NCBI GenBank assembly: GCA_902616905.1
Contig: CACMUP010000001.1
Location: 42,722 to 106,721 of the forward strand
From: an uncultured Bacteroidota bacterium
Lineage (GTDB): Bacteria > Bacteroidota > Bacteroidia > Flavobacteriales > Flavobacteriaceae
Length of the DNA: 64,000 nt
Direction: 5' to 3'
The position numbers and the translations under genes were made by a program. Positions 28,601 through 40,600 of the stretch are shown piece after piece (position 1 is the stretch's first letter; each line of letters starts with the position of its first letter). A model generated the notes under the pieces. That model did not search any database, was not told the origin of the DNA, and saw only the letters and a program-made list of their open reading frames with translations.

Positions 28601-31600
28601 CAGTGGCAGCAGCGTAATGCTTCTACAGCTAATGTGTGGACACCTATAGCAGGAGCTACGAGTTATACATTAGATATATCAGACACGCCTCTTACTATTA
28701 CTGAAGACACAGAGATACGCAGGCTTACTTTTGCTACTTTAAATACAGTATCTTGTCCAACAGGTGGGGCAGGTTTACCATCTGACGTTGTTAGTATAAA
28801 TGTAGAAGAGCCAAGGAATCCGACGATTACAACCAATCCAGGTACAACAGTTTGTGCAGAGGATGTAACGAGTTTAATATTCACTGCTAACACTATAAAC
28901 ACCCAACTTACTGATACTTATCAGTGGGCGATAAATGGTGTAGCTGTCACCATAGCGAATGGATATGCTCAAAATGAGACAGGGGCAACTTATCAGGTAG
29001 ACACATTAGGGGACATAGGAGATGGAGATGTAGTTACCGTAATGGTTGCTACAGCTGCACCTGACTCGTGTACGGTAACCTCTACAGGAGTTACAATGAC
29101 AGTATCTGCTTCACCGATAGCAAATTTAGATTCTAATGCTACTGCTGAGACGATATGTGCAGGTAGTGCTGTTGTTATTACGGCGGATGATGTTCCTGGA
29201 GCGACATATACATTTAGATTAAATGGTTTAGCAGTTCCTGCGGCACAGGTTGCAGGTAGAGTATACACTACTAGTGCTATTACACAGGAGTCTGTAGTTA
29301 CTGTTGAAGTTAATAATGGAGCAGGCTGTTCACTAACAGGGTCTTTAACAATTTTTGTACCTAAGGTTGGTACAGCAGGAAACATTGCTGCTAATGCAGC
29401 TGATCTTGTTCTGTGTTCTGGAGACAATATAGCAAATGATATAGCATCGACAAATAATGGAACACTTGATGCTAGTTCTTCAGCAGGTTCAGTTCTTACT
29501 TATCAGTGGCAGCAGCGTAATGCTTCTACAGCTAATGTGTGGACACCTATAGCAGGAGCTACGAGTTATACATTAGATATATCAGACACGCCTCTTACTA
29601 TTACTGAAGACACAGAGATACGCAGGCTTACTTTTGCTACTTTAAATACAGTATCTTGTCCAACAGGTGGGGCAGGTTTACCATCTGACGTTGTTAGTAT
29701 AAATGTAGAAGAGCCAAGGAATCCGACGATTACAACCAATCCAGGTACAACAGTTTGTGCAGAGGATGTAACGAGTTTAGTATTCACTGCTAACACTATA
29801 AACACCCAACTTACTGATACTTATCAGTGGGCGATAAATGGTGTAGCTGTCACCATAGCGAATGGATATGCTCAAAATGAGACAGGCACTACATTTCAGG
29901 TAGATACATTAGGGGACATAGGAGATGGAGATGTAGTTACCGTAATGGTTGCTACAGCTGCACCTGACTCGTGTACGGTAACCTCTACAGGAGTTACAAT
30001 GACAGTGTCTCCAGCGCCTGTAGCGGACATTACAGCATCAGTAGCAGATGGAATAATTTGTGGAGGGCTAGATGCCTTTAATCAACCTTTTGCTGATACA
30101 GTAACTTTTACTGCTAATATTTTACCAGGTGCAACTTACAGATTTTTCAATGGCGCTGTACCTCTAACACCTTTCCAAGCATCAAATGTTTTTGCTACAG
30201 ATAATTTTTCAATCTATGATACTGATTTACAATTTGACATCGCAGTTGAAGTTACCAATGCAGGAGGTTGTTCTGCAACTGATACAGTAACAATTAATTT
30301 AAATTATGTAATTGCAGATGCAATTCAAATTGCTGGGGGTGCTGTTTCACAAAATATTTGCGCATCAACTACTCCAACAGCGAACTTTGAATCAGTAGGA
30401 GCTGAGAATGCACCTGACGGAGTTAATGATTTTGTCGATGGAGCTGATTATCCAAATGGAGCTGCAATAACATATCAATGGGAGTCATCAACTGATGGAG
30501 GATTAAACTGGAATCCAGTTGTCGGTTCTACTTCAAGAACAATGACACCTACTATATTGTACCAAACAACGCAGTACAGAAGAAGATCAAGGAGTATATT
30601 AAACGGTATCAATACTGTTCCATGTGATAACTATTCAAACATAATAACAATTAACGTAGCACCTGACGCAACAGGAGGTAATGTTCAAAGAAACACAAAT
30701 GCTGCTTTAAATACATGGGTTGATCAAGATGAAATAATATGTGTTGGTGATACACCGCAATTATTAAGAGTTATCAATAGTGTTGGTGGAGCTAGTAGTC
30801 AATATCAATGGCAATATTCTTTTGATAATTTAGTCTGGGAAGACATTTCCATTGTAAATGGATATCCAATAGATGCTACTGCGGCTCAATACCAACCTAG
30901 AGCAATTACAGCTTCAAATATTTCTTCTGTATCCTCTTTCACAATAACTGCTGGTGGGGCATTAACAGCAGGTGAAGACTTTTATAGGATAACATTAGGT
31001 GGTGATTCGTTTACCGTGTCAGTTGGAGAGGTTTTTGATGCTGCAGCTGTTGGTTCAGGGGCTTCCCCTGTAAACACTGTAGATGAAGTTTTAGCTCTTT
31101 TAGAATACAAAATTAACCAATCTGGTTCTGGTATTACTGCAGTTGATAATGCAGCAACTGATAATATTCTTATTACCCTTCCACCGGGTTCTCTACTAAC
31201 ACCAACATTTTTAATTAGTGATAACGGTGCTAATGCTACTCTGGCAAATTCAGCTAACGCCATAACATACAATGGAAGAGGATCAACAAGATATTACAGA
31301 AGAGTTATGACTCAAAATTTTGGTGGGGCAATACTTCCAGTTTGTCAAACATTTAGTGATACCCATAGTGTTGAAGTGAGCTCAGTTATTGCTGGAAAAG
31401 TAAGCAACACAAGCTTGGTGATATGTAATAATACCACTCCAACATTATTTACCTCCTCGCGAAATGCATACTCTACTAATATTGGTGCTACAATAGCATA
31501 CCAATGGTATAGAACAACAGATGCTGCTAGAACAGTTTGGGCCCCCATTGGAGGAGGAACTTTATCAACATTAAATTTTGGAACTGCTCTAACTCAATCT

Positions 31601-34600
31601 ACAGCATTCAAAAGGAGAGCAACAAGTACATACAATGGGACGGTATGTTTTTCGGAAACAGATCCAATCACGATAACGGTCCTTGATCAAGTAAATACTG
31701 GGTTTATTCTTGCAGACCAAGCTGTGTGTAGGATTGATGGTGCCCCACTGACAGTTGATGTAAATGCATTATCAAATATTGTTGCTAATGGAACAGAACC
31801 AGATGATGGAGCACTTGATGGTATAAATTATCAATGGCAATTCTCAGCAGATAACAATAATTGGGATGATATTATCGCCGGCACTAGGGCAGATCTTTTA
31901 ACAGGTGGTTTTGCAGCAACAATTTCACAAACGACAGTAATTACGGCGTTGCAACAAAAAACTGATATAGAAAGAAGATTGCAAACATTGATTGATCCCG
32001 ATATTTCAACAATTGTCTATTATAGATTAAAAACAACAAGATTTAATGATATTAATGGCAATAATATTTTGGATGCTGGCGAAATATCATGTGAAGTTTT
32101 ATCAGCGGCTACAGAAGTAAGTATTAGTGAACAACCAACTTTAGTTCAAACCACAGCACCTTTGGGGGGTCAAACTGTTTGTGTAGGTTCAAACATTGAT
32201 CCCGTCACATTTCAATATGGTGGTTCAGCGACAGGTATTCTTATTGTAAATAATGCTCCTGGTTTAAATGCCGCCACTGATGCAGCAGCAAAAACAGTAA
32301 CTATAAGTGGAATTCCAACATCTACAGGTTTGATAAGAGTAACAACAACTGGAACAACATGTGAAATTCAAACACTTCAGCACCAAATAAGAGTTACTAC
32401 AGCGCCTCAAATACCCGACTATATTTTGATTGATGATGCAGCAGGTGGTACACCTCCGATTCCTATTATAAACGGACAAGACGGCAACATATATAATGGT
32501 CAAGTTTATCTATGCGAACAAGCTTTAGCGGCATCTCCAAGTTCTACTATATTCAGTGCTTGTTATAATGACGGTAGAATAGCTCCGTTGACAGAATCAT
32601 ATAATTGGTTTATATCTCCACCGGATGCAGGAACAATTTCACGAACGACTGGTTTTGCTACATGGAATGACGGATTTATTGGTGATGCAACCATTCAAGT
32701 TGTAGCTATTGGGTGTGACGGAAGCGCAACAGCTACATTAACAACTGTTGTTACAGTTAATCAATTTAATTCTGCTGCATCAAATCCTTCGTCGCCAGTT
32801 CCGCTATTAGAATCTGAAAGTGAAATTATTTACATAAGAGAAAACGCAGGAAATATTAGATCTCTTGAAAGATTTAATGTTACCCTAAATGGGGTAAGAT
32901 ATACATATGAAACAAGTGACACAAGTGTGCCTGCTAATGGTATTGCAAATCAAACTGCTGCAACAATTGCGCAGGAATTAAGAGACCTTATAAATAATGA
33001 TACTACATCTCCAATTGCTGGTTTATTTACGGCAACCTCTGGATCTTTTAACCCAGGAGATGCTAATAATAATGGGTTAAATGACGATATTGGAGGTATT
33101 TTAAGAATAACTGCCCAGTATGAGGGTAATTCAGCTCCTCCAACTCCTCCAGGGACACCAAGAGGTAATGGTGGTGATATGAACCTTTCTTTCAGTGTAA
33201 CAAGGTCACCTGTTGAGGGCAGAGCATTTGGTTCTATGTTTGGGTTTGAAACAAATCCAACTTCAGAACTTATTTGTGGTGTTTCAACTGGAGCAGAACC
33301 CATTTGTGAAACAACAGCGACGACACCCAATACCCAATATTTTTCTACTGCAAGTAATTATGCATCAATAAGATATACAATATCAAATGTTCTTCCTGGA
33401 GTAGGGAGTGTTGCATCACCAGGTACTTTTGTGGATTCAAATACAATAGACTGGAATGCTGGATTCCATGGGACATTCAATATTGAATCTTACGCAACAG
33501 GTTGTAATGGAATAGAAAATCCAGTTCCTGGTGTTCGAAGTGTTAGAATTTATCCAAATTTATCAGCACCTCTAGACATAAATTATGATCCTCTAACATT
33601 ACCAAATTGTCCAGCTGAGTCGGGTGACACAACACAATTTACATCAAGTTCGGATGTGACTTGGTCATGGAATAATGATTTGGCTGGAAATATTAATTCT
33701 GTTACAGGATTAGTTAGTTGGAATGAAGGTTGGTCCGGAACAGTAATTATTACTGCAACTTCTTTTGGTTGTGGTGGGGCTTCTATAACAAGAAGGGTAG
33801 TTATTCCTGACTCACCTTCTTTTGTTAGAGTTTCAGACCCTACAACAACAAATCAAAGCCGTTGTGTAGGAGAAAATATTACAGCAATAAAGCATGAAAT
33901 TTTAGGAGGTGCTACCGGGGCAGATATTACTGGAATAGATGATTTAAATTTATTTGAACAACTCACATCTGAAAATCAAGTAGATAGATTTGTGATTGAT
34001 GCAGCATATCCAGATGCAGGTGACTCATACACTCTTACAATTAATCAGGTTGCTTACACAGTTACAATTGGGGAAGTCTACAATGCAGCAGCTGTTGGTG
34101 TTGGTGATGGGACTGTTTCAGTTTTAGATGAAATAGTTGGCTTGTTTGTTTACAAGATCAATCAAGCATCGTTAGGTATTACTGCAGTAGACGATGCTCC
34201 AGCTGGACAATTTACTCTAACATCAAACCAATTTGATTTCAATGTATTTACTTCACTCAATGATATCGCTGGAGATGATCCCGGAATATCATTTACTAGA
34301 ACAATTGTTTCTGATGGGGGAACATTTATTGAAATATCGGGAACTATTTCTGGTAGTTTAGCTATAACAGTCCCAACTACGTATCAATATACGATCACAA
34401 CAACTGGAGGAACTTGTACCCCTACGACTGCTCAAGGTTTTATAACTGTAAGTCCAAATTCAACAATGGCCATTCAGGCAGGTATGGATACAAGTCAAAC
34501 TATTTGTAATAATTCTGTTGGTGCTCTTACACCAATTACCTACGATTTATCAAACGCATCAACTGTAAATGTTGCCTGGAACCCCTCTAGACCTACAGGA

Positions 34601-37600
34601 ATTAATCATACCCATGTAATCCAAAATCAAATTTCTACAATTACCCTTGGTGGAATTGATGCAAATGTAGCAGCAAATAATGGACAAGATTACACTGTAA
34701 CGATTAATTCGATAACTGTTACTTACACAGTAAACACTGGTGCACCTCAAAATGATAATGAAATTGTAGATATATTAAATGGTCTTAGAACACTTATAAT
34801 TGGAACAGGACTTCTAGTTGACCCAGTTGTTATTGGAGGTAATAGCCTAAGAATAACCTCAAGAAATGGATTACCATTTACTATATCCTCGACATCTCCA
34901 GGTATTAATGCAGCCGTTTTTGCAGTACCTGTTTTAGTACAGTCGTCGACTAATTCTTTAACAATTTTTGGTGACCCTTCTGTAGCTGGATTGGCTGTGG
35001 ACACGACATTTTCATTTACCATAACGACAGTAAATAATGCCTTTGGATGTAATGATCCAGCAAGTCAAGTAACAGCAACTGGTTCAATAACAATAGCTGT
35101 ACAACCATCTCTAACTTTAACTACTGGAAATAATAATCTAATTATTTGTCAAGGCGAAACCGTCTCAAGCACACAAGGTGGTGTAGATATCGAATGGGAT
35201 GTTAGGGGCTATGCACTGGGTGCTTCAGTTGGACCAGGACAACTACCTCAAGGAATTCAATCGTCTTACACAGAGATTCCACAGATTACTCAAGTTACTT
35301 TTGCAGGGAATCCATTAAACTTTGATGACGGAGATGTTTATAGATTACAGGTTAATGGAGTAACAATTAATGTCCCTGTAAATGTTGGAGGTGGAGTTAA
35401 TACTTTTGAAGCACTATTACAGGCTTTTGAGGCTGGTATAGATTCAAATGTACCTTTAGTAGATGCTTCTTATGCGGCAAATACTTTAACAATTCAATCA
35501 AATACAGGAGATGCTGTTACTGTGGTTAGAACAAATGTTGGACCAATTGATGGAGGTGACCCTACGCTTAATTTACCAAGTATTACACAAGCAAATAGGA
35601 AGTTTTTAAGAATATTTGGTGCTCCAACAGATCCAGCAGGGATATATAATTATACTGTTTCAACATTTGGGCCCAACTGTGATCCAGCAACTGCAAATGG
35701 ATCTATAAGAATTGTTGACATACCTGCAATTTCAGTTGCAGCAGGTAGCGACGCAAATCCAGCTGGTGTTTGTAATCTTTCTCCTATGGTTCCGATAAAT
35801 TTTGATATATCAACATTTGCAACATATACAGTATCATGGACCAGTGCTGCAGGACAACCACCAGGAATTTCTCTGGTAAGAACTACGAGTTCTACATTAT
35901 CACTAGTTTCTGATCCTGTAGTAAATATACCTGGTGCAATACCCGCTGGAGGAGTAAGCTATACTTACCAAATTTTATCAACAGTAAATGATAATGGTTG
36001 TTCTTCGGTTGCAAGTTTTACAGGTATTGTTAATATTATTAACGGAACTGCAACTTTAGATCTAAATGATGCAAGCTCATTAACCGATGATAGAATAAAT
36101 GCTAATGGAGGGGCATTTGATCCGAGCGTAGCCCCAGATTACATTTTAATTGAGGCATGTCAGGGATCCGTTTTAGATGATGTACTTTTCGATTCTTCAG
36201 TTGACATAACTAACGTAACTATTGCAGCTGGTGGTAATTTACCTTCAGGATTATTTGGAGACTTTACCCCAGGAGCAGGTGGAGGACAATTCAGAATATA
36301 CGGAACACCAGATTCTGCAACTACAGAGGATTTTGTTTTACAAGCTATAACTGATGCATGTGTCCCTGCAGCAGATATTCGAGTAAGAGTTGTAGTATTC
36401 GGAACATCATCAATAACATTAGATGCTGGTTCAAATGATAATCAAACTGTATGTAATAACACTGCATTGACAAATATTTCATATACTGTAAGTAATGCTC
36501 TTGATGCAACAGTAGCTGGGCTACCGAACGGATTATTAGGAAATTTCCAAGCTCCAAATAAATTTGTTATTTCTGGAACACCTGATGTTAATATTACTGA
36601 AACGACATCTTATACATACACTATTACAACAACAGGTAATCCAGGAGGAACACTGGTTGGTGCTTGTTCTGAAACAACAATAACTGGAGTTGTGAATGTT
36701 AGGCCCGAAGAATCCTTAACTTTAGATCCAGACCCGACTAATGGTTCGGTTATTCAGCAAGTTTGTTACGGTGAAAATATAACAGATATTATCATTAATG
36801 TAGTTGGCGAAAATACTTTTGGAAGTGCAATTGGTCTTCCAGACGGAATGAATTTAAATTTTGTTGAAGACTCGGATAATATGGGAGGTGTTGCAACTAT
36901 TTCAGGAAGTCCAAGCGCAACTATAGCTGGTAACGATCCGTTTACTTATTCATTTACTGTTACAACAGGCGGAGCAAATACTAGTGCATGTGCTGATGCT
37001 ACACAACAGATAGATATTACTGTAGTTCCGCCATCTTCAATGGTTTATTCGGGAGCTGATCCTAGCATTTTAAATCAAACAGTTTGTGCTGGCACAAATA
37101 TCAATGAAATAGAATTTACAATCGGTGGAGGAGCAAGTAATGTATCTGTAACGTTTGATCCAGGACTAGGATTTACTAGAGTTGCAAACGTAAGAGTAAA
37201 TGATCCCACCGATGCTCCTGATAACGCTGTAATCTTTGGAACTGCACCAAATGATTTAGTTCAAACAACATATAACTATGAAATAACAACGATTAATCAG
37301 TGTAACTCTGCTGTAGCGGGTATACCTACTGAAATATCAATCATTGGTTCAATTACAGTAATACCTCAAGAGACAATCACACATAGAGGGGCTTCGGGTG
37401 CTACAACTCAAGATGTTTGTGTGAATCAAGATGTAACACCTATAATTTTTGATGTCACAGGACAAAATACCCACGCTAAATTTGTAGATGCTAGTTTAGT
37501 CCCTTCTGGAATATCATTAGATTTTGCTCCAAACCAGGTAACTGGAAATGGAGGAGTAGCAACAATTTTAGGAAGTCCCGATGCTACAAATGCTGCAGGA

Positions 37601-40600
37601 GATTATACATTTGAAATTACTACAGGAGTATCCGGTGCAGTATCAAATACAAGTCAATGCTCAGACCAAATACAGTCAATTACAATAACCGTGAAACCTT
37701 TACCTACTATGGTGTTTTCAGGAGCAGATCCAGCAGCAATGAATCAATCAGTTTGTCAAGAAACTGCAATTACTCCTATTGAGTTTACTCTTGGAGGAGG
37801 AGCAAATGATGTGACCTTTTCTTCTTCACCAGCAGGATTAGGATTTACAAGGGCAGCCAATGTATCTGTCGATGGAAACAACGTAAGGATTTTTGGAACA
37901 GCACCAGTGGTAGGAGCTGAGACCACATACACATATAGCATAAGTACAGTTAATCCAAACTCATGTACACCAAGTGTAACTCTTGGCGGTTCGATAACAG
38001 TATTCCCTCCTGTTGAGTACAATAATTGGGCTGGTAACCATACAGTTAATGATCCGCTATGTAGTGACGATGGAGGTTCGATCGTAGTTAATGAAGCAGC
38101 TGTAACTGGTGGTTTTGTTGCAGTTAAACAACAATCTAGAGTAGAGTTGAATAACAGTTTCGCAGTTGGAAATATAATTACAATAAATGTAGGGCCACAA
38201 GCATTTGTTTACACAGTTCAAGGTGTAGATAATGCAACTGGAAACCTTTCTAATAACCCTGCAGTTTACGATAGGGCTCAAAGTAAGTCTGAAATTATAA
38301 CAGCGATTGTTGGATTAATAAATGATACTAACTCTGGTTCAACACTAGTAACAGCGATAGGAAATTCCCCAGCTGTTGGAGTTGCTACTTTGATTGCCAA
38401 AACTTCTGGAATAGGATTTACAATAACAGGTGCGAAACAACCAGGGGCCTCTCCAGGAACAATTACAATTTCAACACCTATCCCCAATCAGTCTTTAACA
38501 TATGGTTATTATTGGAGGCAAACTAATTCTATCGGTACTCCAGTTTCTACTCTTGATATCTCAGATCCTAATACTTACGTTGATACTGGTTTGACTTTAA
38601 ATCTTAATAGTGTTACAGGATCAGAATATTACATGCTAACAACAGTTTCAAACAATTGTCAAGCCGATGCACCTTTTGTAACCATTACAGCACCGAATCC
38701 ATTATCACTTTCGGTTGATACAATATGTGACACTGAAATTAAGGTTGCTGCAACAGGTGGAACGGGTCAATATACATATATATTTTATGACAAAAATGGG
38801 AATGAAAGAGGCAGATCTATTCCACTTGGTAATGGTGCGAGTCATACCTTCAGAAATGGAGATGCTAATAATATAAATGGTGGTAGTATAAATATTGCAG
38901 CTGGAGAAACATACAAAATTGGAATAATTGATGAAAATAATTGTTCTTTAAACGGAAATAATTCTACTGTTCTAGTAATTACACCTTTGACATTGAACAT
39001 TGACGAATCCAGATATGACGTAACACCAGCTGGCTGTGGAAATGATAATGGTAGTATAGTTATAAATGGTGCCGCTGTAACGGGTGGATCTGCAGGTAAT
39101 ACAGGGGATTATACTAATGTTACTTTCCTGTGGACAAAAATTGGAGGTGGATTCACAAGTAACCAGCAAAGTATTTACAATCTTGAGCCAGGAGATTATA
39201 TTTTAGACGTCGTGGATGTCTTGTGTGATACACTTACCGCACAATCAAACATATTTACAATAATAGATAATGGAACATTCGGTATAATAAACGCTCCTGA
39301 CAATACAACAATTTCAAATTGTTCTGACGGGCATTTACAAGTTAGTATCGATCCAAGTAATCCAGGATCTGGTAATTTTAGCTATGCATGGACTGACCAA
39401 TTTGGAGTAAGCAGAGGAACAACAAATAGAATTGAAAATTTAGATGCAGGCATTTACACACTCATTGTAAGAGATACTACAACAGGATGTGAGCAAACAT
39501 TTACTTACACTATAACAGGTTCTTCTGGACCATTACAAATATTAGATCCAATTGCTGTAAACCAAGCTAATTTTTCTACTACTGATATTTTATGTAATGG
39601 TGCTGCTAATGGTACATTTACTGTTGAATTTACAGGTGGAAACCCACCTTACTCATACTCATTAAATGGGGCAGCATATGTTTCTGATGGATTCTCAACT
39701 AAAACGGCTACTGTTACAACTGGAGGTGCAAGTTCTACTATAGTATCATATACTACTCAAGTTTTAACTTTAGATGGATTTGATGGTGGTAGTTATTCGG
39801 TAAAAATAAAAGATAGTGGTTTATGTACTGATGCTTCTGGAAATGCTGTAGAACTTGACTTGGGTTCAGTTACTATAAATGAGCCTGACCCATTATCAAT
39901 TGAATTAAATGCTTCAACAACAGAGGCTATAGACTGTTCTGCTGGTATTCAAGGATCTCTTGGTGTAAATATCACAGGAGGAACAGTGAGTACAACTTCA
40001 CCATATAGTATTTTGTGGGAACTTTATGGACCAAGTGGAGAAGTTCTCTACAAAAGAACAACCTCAGGTTCTCCTTCAGATCCTGATGACTTGACAATCA
40101 CGGGTCTAGATTATGCAGGCGACTACACAGTAACCGTAACAGATGCTAATGGTTGTTTTACATCAGAAGTAATAACCTTAGATGATGGATCAAATGAAGA
40201 TCCATTTACAGTTGGCGAGGCTCCTATTGTAACTCAACCTGGATGTAATTCAGATGAATTGGGATCAATTGAACTTGAGTTGAATGGTGGTGCACAACCT
40301 TATGATATAAAATGGTACAAACTATCTGTTGCTCAGCAAAGTGCCACCTCATCTACTAATTCTGGTACAGGAACATCAACTTCAACAACATCTTCTTCAA
40401 CCAATATTGAGTTTTCAGATGGAGGTTATGTAAGTATGAATAAAGACGGTTTTTATTTAGTCGATCAACTTCAGCCTGGAAAATATCGTGCAATAGTAAC
40501 TGATGCTACAGGATGTAGTATATTCTCTAGATCAGGAGTAATAAAAACATCTAGTTTTAATATGATTAGTCAAAGAGTTTACAATAGGCAAGTATTAGAT

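Noticed and set aside
28663-29805. Two identical 79-aa antisense ORFs (28663-28902 and 29566-29805), plus two antisense ORFs that share the N-terminus MSPEHRTRSAALAAMFPAVPTLGTKIVKD.
   Set aside because: Their identity simply follows from the 903-bp tandem duplication of the sense-strand coding sequence. It is not evidence for conserved antisense genes.
26150-30010. Regularly spaced repeats, considered as a possible CRISPR-like or other non-coding array.
   Set aside because: The period is 903 bp, the repeats are in frame, and they lie within a continuous ORF encoding Ig-like units. There are no short repeat/spacer units and no cas genes.
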